A DNA stretch of 64,000 nucleotides from Selaginella moellendorffii. Its lineage: Eukaryota; Plantae; Lycopodiophyta. The stretch lies in NCBI RefSeq assembly GCF_000143415.4, contig NW_003314344.1:504336-568335 (forward strand), written 5' to 3'. Positions within the stretch are counted from its first letter, which is position 1, and each line of letters begins with the position of its first letter. This document shows, in pieces, positions 49,430 to 60,768 of the stretch. The position numbers and the translations under genes are program-made. The notes below the pieces were generated by a model, which worked only from the letters and a program-made list of their open reading frames with translations, was not told the origin of the DNA and did no database searches.

Positions 49430-50450
49430 AGGCTGCCACATAAGCATCATGCCACATCCAACATGATTTGTGATCTGCTAATTTATGATAACACTAAGAC
49501 AGATTTGTGATTTGCTAATTGTGATCATACATCACAAATCAGCACAAATTTGTGATGTGCTTATTGTGATGATGCATCACAAATTAAACAATATGATTGT
49601 GATGTGCATCACAAATCTTATTCTTGTGAACACAAATTTGTGATATGCTAATTGTGATCATTTCTCTCTTTTCATTTTTCACAATTATGGCTCATTCCTC
49701 GTGATTTGGAGGTGTATGTTAGTCACAACACACCCTAATGTAAGCATTTTTCTTTAATCAATTAATCGCACCTCTCATTTCTCATGGCTTATTTATGATC
49801 ATGTGACAACATGATTATGATATATATCACAAATCTTATTCTATATGCTAATTAAAGAAATTTTATTAGCACATCACAAATTAGACAACATAATTGTAAT
49901 GTGTATCATAAATCTTATTCTTGTGAATGCAAATTTATGATATATTGATTATGATCATATCTCTCCTCTTATTTCTCACAGTTGTGGCTCATTTCTTGTG
50001 GTTGTGGCATATCAACATATCACAAATCAGATACCATGATTGTGATGTATATCACAAATTTTATTCTTGTGAGTGTAGATTTGTGATGTGTTGATTATGA
50101 TCATCTCTCTCCTTTCATTTCTCTACCTTTAAATGTAAGCACTGTGCTTTAATCAATTAATCACACCTTTCATTCCTTGTGGCCTATTTGTGATGCATGA
50201 TAACATGATTGTGATGTGTATCACAAATCTTATTTTTATGAGTGTAGATTTTTGATATACTGATTGTGATCATCTCTCTCCTCTCATTTAGTTGTGGTTC
50301 ATTTCTCATGGCATAGAGATGTATATTGATTATAATGCACCCTAATGTAACTATGCTTTAATCAATTGATCACACCTCTCATTTTTTGTGGCCTATTTGT
50401 AGTGTAATACCCTAATCTAGCACAATGCCAAGTGTGATTGATTAGAGTAT
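49430..50450. repeat. Degenerate tandem/inverted repeat array built on ATCACAAAT / ATTTGTGAT motifs
   Basis: Many TCACA/TGTGA cores in both orientations. A longer unit starting AATCAATTAATC(G/A)CACC recurs at ~49756, ~50151 and ~50360. Confidence 0.8.
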
Positions 50451-51645
50451 AGCAGTGAGCACAATTGATTATAGTGTAGAGATAATATTTTTTTTGGGTT
50501 CTTAGGGTATCGATCACAGTGGTTTTGGCATTGCAGTTGTTTGTCACACTACAAATCGATAGCATAATCTTTTTTTTCTTAGGTTTTTGTTTCTTAGCTT
50601 AAGCTTAGTGGTTGTTGCAATGATTATGTTGTGATGCATTGTTGAGAGTTTTGCAATATGAATGATGTGCACTTGGGTACATGGTTACAATATAGCAGTT
50701 TATTAATTTATTAGACCCAAACACTCATATCATCTTGTTGACACAAACACACTTGCAAGTGAGGTTCTTGTTGGTATGTTTTGAATTTTGAAATGCATCA
50801 CTAAACCTTATATATAATTTGAGTTCCTCAATCATAGCCTTGAAGATCCTCTTCCCTTTAAAATGCAAAACTGACAACTTGCTCCTTGAGTTTAGAGGTT
50901 GAGGACCACTACCGTGACATAATGTAGTTTGTACACAAGCTAAGATATATAGTAGAGTAATTGCCTCTCTTTAGTAAGTGGTTTACATAAAGAGCATTGA
51001 AGTAGTTTTGGATAGAATGAATATTTTTCTATAATCTAGATGTGAACATTATTTCAAGTGGTTTCTATAAAAACACTTTATAAGTTTGGAGTTTATATGA
51101 TAACAATTTTGATAAACATAATAACATACATGGCATGTAAGAAGGGTGCAATTGGATGTGCATCCAACCTCTAGCGTGAGTGTGAGGTGTTATATGACTT
51201 TGTGGCTAAACCCAAAGCTTTTTACATTACTTTTTCATTGTGTGGTTGTGAAGGCCTATTAGCTCCTGAAAAAGAAAACCACCAAATATATTGACAATAT
51301 AAAGACTTTGTATATGTACCTCATGAAAAGGGACTAGAGTTGGGTTTTGATACATTTTGTTAATGTTTAGTGTGATAATATCTTTTGAGGTTAGAAGCAT
51401 GATTTATACTATATTAAATGCATGTTAGAAGTCGTAAATTGAAACCTTATCACCACCTTGCACTCCACTCATTTGGTTAAAATAATCTTGTTGGAACATG
51501 TGTAGAGCAATATTTGTGCCTCTTTGTGAAAGTGTGCACTATGTTCATAAAGATAAACATGATTGATTTACATGAGGGATGATTGATATGCTCATAATTT
51601 GCTTGAAGTCTTTTATACTGAATTTATACAATGCCTTCACAAATA

Positions 51646-51721
51646 GTGCAAGGTAGTTTAATATTTCAAAACAAATACATAAACACATGTATTTGTTTTG
51701 AAATATTAAACTACCTTGCAC
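51646..51721. repeat. Perfect 35-bp inverted repeat with 6-nt loop
   Basis: GTGCAAGGTAGTTTAATATTTCAAAACAAATACAT - AAACAC - ATGTATTTGTTTTGAAATATTAAACTACCTTGCAC. Confidence 0.97.
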
Positions 51722-53428
51722 CACACCTCCATTGAAAAAGTGTTTGATCCACTATAAACACATTGTCATTTATATATATAAAAAAGTGCAATTTTCATCT
51801 AGTTATAAACTGAGGAACCACACAAAAGTACTACATTATAATCCTCCCATGCATTCATTATATCCATCTTTATTTCATTGAACTCCCTCACCTAGTCATT
51901 TGGACCAACCTACAATAACATTTGTAAAGAGTTTGTCTTCTTTTATTTGTTGACATAAGTATGTTGGTGATAATAATAACTCCCTATGCATATAAAATAA
52001 CACTACCAAATGTGTAATATTATATAGACACTCTACTAACATTAATGATTCTGTGTAAATAAGTGACTCAAAGCTTTAACTTGCAATATACTATAAAACA
52101 AAAGTTGCATCAATGCATTAATCAAGACTATGATTTTGATGTGGTAAGGGAAACTTAGTGTCAATGCTCTAGGCAAACACGAGTCAGTGTAGCTTTTATC
52201 ATTTATTTGTTCACTCTCTATCTTATATTTCTTAGTTTTCCATTGATATATGTAATCCTTTACATTGTCAATTTTACACATTATGGGAGAAGCTTTTCAA
52301 GAAGCACTTGAACCACAACAACACTCTTAAGAGATAGACCCCTTCCTAGCCTACGATCTTGAGATACTAATGCAATGTACACTAGTTCACTCTAAATGAG
52401 GAAGCAAAATCCCTCATTCTGTAACCTTCCCTTAATTTAACACTTAAATTTAATTTAAAACATTTTTCATTTTTTGCAAAACCACTCACTTTTAAAACAC
52501 TTTTCATTACCTTTACCAAGGAGAGTGCCCCAAGTATGAAGCAATAGCAAGTTTAACCCATACATCCCAAAGACACTTAAAATTTAGCATATATCACACT
52601 CAAAAGCCCTAACCTAAACTCTAAACTTTGCTGATGTGCCAAAAAAACTGGTATAGAGTTAAAATTTATATAGTGCAAAAAATCACACACATGGTACTGA
52701 TCTAAACATATATGGCAAACACCAATACATGCCTATGTATAAGAAAAAAGTTATGCTAAAAATATTATTTAAGTCACACATCTGTTACAACAATTTATGT
52801 GTTTTATATATATATATTTTACAGGTTTGCACACTTTTTTGGTAGGCCACCCACCCTAGGTACACTTTCCAAAACTGTAATTACAAATTACATACTATAG
52901 TTTGTTTAAGTAAACTTATAAAGATATTGAGGTGGTAGTGGATATATTTAAAATATGCTTAAATACTTTAAAACATTTTACCATCTAACAGTTATTATTC
53001 ATTTAGATTAATTTTGTATTTATAGTTTATATTATTTCCTAAACACTTTTTAGTATATTCTTGTTTATTCTACTATCATGATAAATATTGATTTATAAAT
53101 TATAAACATGTCTATAATTATTTATCAATTAATAATACTAAATAGAAATTAAGCAAACCAAGCATTCACAACAAATTATTTAAGTACATCTTTCTACTTT
53201 GTGAAGAGGGACCAAAGTTTAGTTTTGGTACATTTTGTTAATATTTAGTGTGGAAATGTCTTTTAAGGTCAAAGTCAATAACCCAATCACCTCCTATGAG
53301 GTTTAAGACTGTATTTTACTTTTCCCACTTTATCTTTGACAAAAGTTGACTATCTGTGAAGAAATAACTTTTAAAAAATGAAAGCTTTTCGCCCTGTAAT
53401 CCTACCCTCAAACTCACGTCGAAAGCAT

Positions 53429-53778
53429 TCACTCCTCTCCACCAGACATTCGATATATCAACCTGGAAACCACGCTGCTTCTCAGCTCCATGATCTTCTT
53501 GCTGGGAAGAGAGCTCAAGAAGTCTAGCACGTCAACGCCACCACCCGTGATGGATCCATTGAGCACCGAGTAGCTCCCTAGTTGGCCGAGTCGTGGTGGA
53601 TGAACACCCCGAGATGATGGCGTCAAATGCCGCTGTGTGCTGCAAGCAAAACTCTCGAGAAACTTTGCCACGCTTGGCCAGGGGTGATCCTCCGCAGTCG
53701 ACATGCTCCGCCCGTTTCTGGCACTGCCGAGAAGAGTGCTTCTCACGATACTGGAAGTGTACGAGAAAGCCATTGGAG
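53429..53778 (-). pseudogene. Exostosin/GT47 (MUR3/KATAMARI-like) glycosyltransferase 3' remnant
   Basis: Frameshifted pieces VRSTLL/RQC, FLES/FCLQ, AFDAIISGC, SYSV, VLDFLSSLP..IMELRSSV..RLIY. Confidence 0.65.
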
Positions 53779-53949
53779 CAGTGTGTAACAAAGAATTTTT
53801 AGTGTACTGGAAAAAATCCTTGAATACTTAAAATGAATAGGATATATTTTTTTTGTACCGGCATAATCCTTAAAAGAGGAAATCTCATTCGGATAAATTC
53901 CTTAATATATGAAAACTATAAGGAAGTTAAACATCTACAAACCGTCACT

Positions 53950-54946
53950 TTAGCTTGTATAAATATGCCTATAAGCTGCACCTTCCTTCCATGCTTGCAC
54001 CACTGTTTCGAAATCAAACTCAGCTATTGGCGGACCCTCAATGGAGATCCTCACAAGCTCGTCAACCATCTCCGTCCCCATCTGGTTTCGAAACTTATTC
54101 TTCACCAAGTTGATTCTACTAAACCCACGCTCACATGATGCAGTGTTGCAGCATTGAACCATGCCGACCATTGCCAACTTCAGCAAGTTGGGATACTTCT
54201 TCGTCCAGATACTGTGAGCATAAATCATTCCCCAAACATCCATGAAAGTTTTCCCCTTCCACTCCACGGAAGCTATTATCTTCCATAAACTGTACTCTTC
54301 AGCCAGCTCTGCTTCATTGATCATCCCTGTGTAGAACTTTCCAAGTTCCTGAACCTCAAACTTACCAAAAGCTTTCAACTCACGCACTGATGAAGGTAAG
54401 TTGATAGGAGCTAAAAAGTGGAACTTGGAGAGAATACCAGTCGCCTCAGAGTCCTGTAACCTGGTCCTTATACCCTCCAAAAGACTAGTGCCAAAGTTCT
54501 TTTGAAACTCTAGTACCTCCTCCAAATCTTCTCCGTGAATCGACCTGATCATTTCCACGTCTCTGTATTCGTTTCCCTTAACTGATGACCTGAGCTCATC
54601 CAAAGGACCATTGCAGCGTCCATCATCTGGGATTATAGGATATCCTCTACTATCCAACTGAAAACCATTCAAATCCACCTGCTTATCCAAATAGTATACC
54701 TGTATCTTGGCCATAGTTGCCTTGCATAAAGGTGCAACACTAGTCACGTCCATAGTCTGTGCTTGAAACTCCAGGTTCAGCTGATTTACCACTGCCAAGA
54801 TATCTCCTAGAAAGTGGAGTGCATAAAGGAACTTGAAACTCCTGAGATGGTCATATAGCTTCCTTGTTTGAGTTGTTCTCCCATCCTTAAAAAACTTGAA
54901 TAGTGGTTCCAGACACTCACACATCCTGGTAATGGCTCCACCCCTG
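53950..54946 (-). pseudogene. hAT transposase, C-terminal half (hATC dimerisation domain)
   Basis: FLYALHFLGDILAVVNQLNLEFQ, YPNLLKLA, NTASCERGFSRINLVKNKFRNQM. Open frame up to the LTR insertion. Confidence 0.92.
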
Positions 54947-56714
54947 TGTAAGCGACTAAATTTTCCATTCTACTTTAGTCACTTAACCACACCTTCAACC
55001 ACTTGGAGGAGTCTCACTCACAACCTCCATAAGTCCTATTTCAGACTTGGGCTTGCTAGCCCCGAGAATGGCATCCCTGCCACTCAACCTTTGCACTTGA
55101 TCCAAGTGCTCCACGTGTCCGATCCCATGACCGACACCCCAAGGCACCACCGACATATCAGCCCGTTACGCTAAGGCCATGCCCCTTTACCTTGGTCACA
55201 CCGGTGGACTAACACCATCTGCATCACAGTCCCATCTCTCAAGGACTGGGCCATCCATCCGTGAGTGATCATTCCAGATCCACTCCTTAGCATCCTTAGG
55301 ATGCCCACAGACATGGGGAATAGCCTTCCCCAATATCCCTTTTCCGGTCTTCACCAAGTCCCTTTCTGCCCATGGCCGTGTTTGCCAACACTGCCACTGG
55401 ATCAAGGCCCACCGGCCCGACCACTAAGTCCCAGGGTCCTTTGGGACTTCCTCACCACTTGACTGCATCCTTGGTCACTACACCAGAGGACTACTCCTCC
55501 CCCTTTCCATAGTCTAGGCCTTTGGGACAACATTTCGGAACACTGTGGCCCTACGTGGGCCTCATGGGTACTCTCCCTGCCTTTCGCCTTTGGGTGCTCT
55601 AGCCATGGGCTTAGAGCGAGGTTCCGTTGAGCCACGCCTGGTATCCAAGTAGGTAGTGCCACCCACACTTGGACTGGGAGCATCGGCCAGTCGATCTCCC
55701 GGGGGAACTAGAGACGGCTCTTGAACACTTCACCAAGCTACCCTGCTTGTCGGTCCGTGTTCACTCTAGTCTTGGACTTCCCAGTGGTCAGCTCATCACC
55801 CAACACTGGGTCTGGCCTTCCTGGGCCCAACTGGCCTTTCCTGGGCCAAACTGGCTCCACTGGGCTCCAACCCCCACACTCTCCCTACTATACTTTTGGA
55901 ACCCCCCGCAGCCCCCCCCCCTCCCCCCCCCCCCTGGGGGACGATCGCTTTGGGCTTTCACCCAACTGCCTGTATTAGTATTCGGACTCGAACTTGGGCT
56001 CGAACTCGGACTCGGACTCGGTCTCGGTCCCGGTTTCGGACTCGGACTCGGTCTCGGTCTCGGCTTCGGCCTCGGTCTCGGTCTTGGTCTCGGGTCCATC
56101 TCGGACTCCATCTCGGGTCCATCTCGGACTCCATCTCGGGTCCATCTCGGACTCGATCTCGGACTCGATCTCGGACTCCATATCGGACTCCGTCTCGGTC
56201 CATCTCGGACTCCATCTCGGGTCCATCTCGGACTCCATCTCGGACTCCATCTCAGACTCCATTTCGGGTCCATCTCGGACTCCATATCGGACTCCGTCTC
56301 GGTCCATCTCGGACTCCATCTCGGGTCCATCTCAGACTGATCTCGGACTCNNNNNNNNNNNNNNNNNNNNNNNNNNNNNNNNNNNNNNNNNNNNNNNNNN
56401 NNNNNNNNNNNNNNNNNNNNNNNNNNNNNNNNNNNNNNNNNNNNNNNNNNAAAAAGAAAAAAACAAAAAAAAAAAAAAGGCCCCCCTAACAGGAACGCGG
56501 CGAAACGGCCTGCACCTTGGGCTACTTTTGGAGCTGTCTATTGGTTGCTCCTGCTTGCCCTCAAGCACTTGTTAGGAGTCCACTCCCGCTCTCGACCTTC
56601 CAAGTATGAGCTTTTAGTCCAAAAGTGTTATGCTCGTTTGGCTTTCGCTTCGGCCACTACCACGTGGCACCCTTTCCGGCTCCACTTTGGGGCCTAGGGA
56701 TTTTGTGTCTCACA
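54947..56714 (-). repeat. 3' LTR (contains N-gap 56351-56450)
   Basis: Begins TGTAAGCGAC and ends GTCTCACA on +. Near-identical to 60769-62573. Confidence 0.95.
55980..56350. repeat. LTR-internal tandem array of CTCGG(A/T) 6-mers and GGACTCCATCTC/GGGTCCATCTC 11-12-mers
   Basis: Directly visible. Runs into the assembly gap. Confidence 0.95.
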
Positions 56715-56715
56715 A

Positions 56716-56726
56716 CTCCACCACCC
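56716..56726 (-). other. Polypurine tract (PPT)
   Basis: Minus strand GGGTGGTGGAG lies 1 nt before the 3' LTR. Confidence 0.75.
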
Positions 56727-59700
56727 ATAGACGAAGTTCGATGTCCTCATCGAACGGTAAACCCTTTTATAAAGTAACACCCGCCTGTATTACCAGTTCC
56801 ATCCTTGGCACCTAGCCAATATTTATCTATGGTTTAACACCAAAGGCTCACCATGCCTTGTCCATCCTCTAAGGAGGGTAATCTCTCCAACTTAGAAACT
56901 GATTGGACCACATGTAGTGGTTCTCTCCTTTTATTGGTTTAGTTGTCGTTAAACTTCTTAGAGACCCTTCTCTAAGTCAATCCCACTACTCCTTCTCGAG
57001 TAGTCTCAATTTCCATCTATTGAACGTTTGCACCTTGGAACTTTTACTCTTTGACTTCTGGAAGTCAATGTCCTAAGTGTCTCCAACACCTTGCATTGCA
57101 TATATTGTGCAATTCCACTTCCCCATCCTAGGAAGTTCTTTACTTGAGGGCACTATCATCCTCTTCTTCTATTTCGTGCCACTTTAGGCACTAAGTTCCA
57201 TTTATCATACTTTGTGCTAGGGCTGTCCATGGCCCTATCATTTGGCTACCTTACCGCTCCCTCCCTTGGAGCTTCCACTTTCGCCAAATCGAAGCAATTT
57301 GGAATCCATCCTTGGAAACACACTTCCTTTCCCGCAATTTGTTAGCATCCAACACATTAGTGTTCCTCGCCTAACTTTGCCACTTGGGTTCCTTCCAAGG
57401 GATTCCACGGCCCTATCTTGGCCACTCATCTTTTGCTCCTATCCATTGATTGTTGCATCAAGCAACACAGGATCACTACCTCCCTCCTTGAGGTATTCTT
57501 TTGGTTCCATGGCAAAGCTCCACTTTGCCAAGTCCAGAGGGTGCTCACCCCTAGTAGGTCTCTTTAGCATTTTCTGCTATGGGCCCCTTCCACGGCCCAA
57601 CTTTGTGACCCTCCTATGGGTCTCTCCTAGAGACTACTTTCCTTGGACAAACTATGCCATCACAATGACATAGCTCATTCCCCTAAGGTGCTTTTCCCAC
57701 TTGGTCACCTTGACCAAGCCACACCATCATCAATAGTTCAAATCAACACTTTGAACTAGGAACCTTATTCCTTAACCCAAACAAGGACCTTGTCCTTATT
57801 TAGCCACAAGATCACCTAGTGATCTCACCTCGGCACCTTAACAGGTTTGCCAATAGGTACTAAGTCTTCCAGACCTTTAACTTGTTAACTATGACCCCGG
57901 GGGCATCCCCCACACTTGGCGGTGCGCCCAAGCCAGCCCTTCCGGCCAAGGGTCTATAGCAACTGAGACTGGGTGTCCCCATCTCATTCACCACGTCCTT
58001 GGTGCCACTGGCACCAAAGTGTTCAAGTTAGATATGCTGAGCCACACTAAGCAATCTAACCGTGCATCACGACTCCGAGGCATCCCTCGTTTGGCGGTGT
58101 GCCCAAACTAGTCTCCACACTGAGAGTCCATGACCACCGAAAAATGAGTGTCCTCACATTCCAATCCATCACCACGCCCTAGTGATTTGGGACTCGAACC
58201 CAAGCACTAGAGGGTCGGGACTCAAACCCAACCTCCGTATATACGGACGGCATCACCTAGGATGCCTGGCGTGACTCATCACGCCGGTGCACCAACTTAT
58301 ACTTAAAGCGCGCTACAGATCACAGCTTAGGAACCTAGTTCCTCCGCATTGCCAAGTCCTCTCACTTGACATGTCTGTGATCATGCATGGACTCCTCCAT
58401 ACTCGGCCCCATGGCCCACCCTTTTTGAAGTTATCACCTTCAACTAGGGTATTTGTTCCCCCGACGTGCCAATCTCGCTTGGCAAGTCCTCCGACCACTG
58501 TAACATGGTTCCTGCATAAGCGTGAAAGTCCTTGATCCTCGACTTTTGTTCAAAGCCCTCTCTTTGAACACTCGGGAACTACTTCCCTAACCTTGATAGC
58601 CTTGCCTCATGGCAAGCTTCAAGACCACGCTTCTGCTGCGCCACTCTGATTTTGCGCGTTTCTTGAACCATTTACGTTTGGCCTTTCTAGGTACTAAGCT
58701 ACCTAGAATCCTCTTTGGGAACTTGAAGGAACTCTGTCCCTTAGCTTGCTAAGGCCTCCCTTTTTGCAAGCTTTCCAATTGCCACCTAGTCTAACATGGA
58801 CAATTCCATATTTTAGACTCTCCATGGCATCATGGTTGCTAGCGGCAACACCCTCGAGCCCCCACTTGATTCTCCACTCCCAGCTGGCATAACCAACCTT
58901 GGTTATGCCCTTCGATTCCTATGGTTCGGTTCTATCCCCTTACCTCTTGCTTTTGGCTTCACACCTTTCCTTCGGTCATTCTCCTCCAGACCAGGAGGAT
59001 AGCTTTGCACTTTCTATCATGCCTTAGCAAGTATTCTTAGGGATGAACCTACCCGATAACCTAGGGAGTGGTTCCTCAATCCAGGTATGCTCACCCTATA
59101 ATCCCACACACTGGGATTACATTGTTGCTTACGGGCCTTTGCATGCCCATCGCTAGCCTTGCCAAAATTCCATTTTTGGCTTTGTCCAATTCGAGTAGAC
59201 AGTCTTCTCCTGTCTCCACCACCTTGGACATTTGGATAGCACCTACTATCCATCATCCGCTAGAGACTTAGTCCCTTGGGCCTTATCTACTGCCCTCGCG
59301 ACATCAAACACCACCTTCTGGTGTTCTAGAGTGTGCGGGTGTCCCAATGATGGCTTTCTCGACAATGAGTATTTCCTTTTATGACATTGACTTACTATAT
59401 CGCAACATAAACAACTTATCCCCCGTAAGGGTATATCCAACTTCCCTATGCTATTAAGAAGTCTTGGGTAGCTACCTTCTACCCGTTTAGCCCATTATTT
59501 TGCACCTCTTGCTTAGTTGCCTCATAGTTGTCAAGTCTTACAACTCATTGCTTGGTGCTTCCACACCTCCATCATTATCTGGGTCACCACACTCAAACTG
59601 TATGCTCTGCAGCTTAGGCTATGCCATTCCCATTTCCCTTGGGATTCCTTTGGCAAGGGGTTCTCATGAACCCACCAACATAACCTCAAGGTATCACACC

Positions 59701-60753
59701 TTGGCAACATTTGGTGTCTCCACACCATCGGCTCCACGAGCCTACCTCTATGACACTTCTTCTTTGTGTCTAAGTCTTTGCCAAGACCAATATCGCTCTT
59801 TCTCATGCCAACTATCTGTTAGCACTGCACCATAGAGGTCACACACAACTTTGTGTCAAAGTTGTTTTCTTTTTGGGAACACCTTTCCCACGACTTTAGC
59901 ATAGCACATTTTGCCATCGATGAGATACCCTCTGTTCTCATCCTTGGATCCTATGATCCCCCCCATCCTTCGTGGGGTACAACACACCTCGTCCAAATGC
60001 TTCCATCAGTCCTTTTAGGACCATTCCTTGACTCTACTTGAGTCATCCAGCAGGTTTGGACTTGGTTAATCCACAGACCCGTAAGGTCCTACTTGTGAGG
60101 CACTAGCTCACTGGAATACACTTCTTGCATTCCTGTCCTACTCAAAAGGACTATTTTCACAAGTGTTACTCTGACACTTAATTTTGTTCTCTGGGGGCAA
60201 CCTTTGCCCCTTAGGACTACTTGTCCATGTGATGAGAATACCACTCATCTCTAAGTACACCCCCCAACTCCTTGGGTTGTTCAAGCATTTATTAAAGGTA
60301 GCTCCGGCTACCATTTCAAGGACTTGAGTCCTCTTCCGTATTTGACCTCCCACGGTCATTACTTCTGGTCTCACATTCATGAGCACCAACCTCAACTATA
60401 TGAGGATAATCTTGTGACTCCTTTATTGCTTTGGAGTCTTTATCTTTCCCGTGATCCCAACTGTAGTTGTTTACCACAACTACATTAGCCAGTTTGCTAA
60501 GTCAAACACTCATCTGGATCACATCCTCAACTCTCTGAGGAAAACCATATACTATTCCCAAGATCCCAATGTCGTTCCATTATTGGCCCTTTTCTATCCA
60601 CCACTTTGTCTACAAGTTCACACATGAACTATAATGGAGAGCCATGTCTTCCCGACTTGCTGCTCCTCAAGGATAGGCCCACTCCTCGGACCTTCCGATG
60701 CCAACATCAATGGTGATATACCTGGGCACCAATAAAAGTCGGACTAAGGAACA

Positions 60754-60765
60754 GCTCCGATACCA
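60754..60765 (-). other. Primer-binding site for initiator tRNA-Met
   Basis: Minus strand TGGTATCGGAGC, one mismatch to the canonical TGGTATCAGAGC, 3 nt after the 5' LTR end. Confidence 0.9.
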
Positions 60766-60768
60766 AGT

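Noticed and set aside
52605-52626. Telomere-like CCCTAACCTAAACTCTAAAC
   Set aside because: Three degenerate units only, insufficient for an interstitial telomere call.
52001-52940. CACTACCA...TGGTAGTG as a CACTA TIR pair (also 49080 with 50404)
   Set aside because: Matches of 8 bp or fewer, and the 3-bp flanks differ (TAA vs GAT; TTG vs TAA), so there is no TSD.
55669-56575. Long low-complexity ORFs (SPRW, ESEM, LGLH, SISD repeats) here and at 61543-62476
   Set aside because: They are translations of the stop-free LTR tandem array, open in nearly every frame on both strands.
56451-56580. Poly-A and divergent sequence in the 3' LTR, suggesting a retro-insertion or tail
   Set aside because: Directly follows an N-gap and converges gradually to the other LTR, which is typical of low-quality read-end sequence.
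58177-58260. tRNA gene around the B-box GGTTCGAGTCC
   Set aside because: No A-box, D-arm, anticodon arm or acceptor stem could be built. Kept only as a T-arm mimic.
58268-58285. Minus-strand GTGATGAG as a hammerhead ribozyme core (retrozyme)
   Set aside because: Lacks the C of CUGAUGA, no GAAA follows the stem, and it is not in the LTR.
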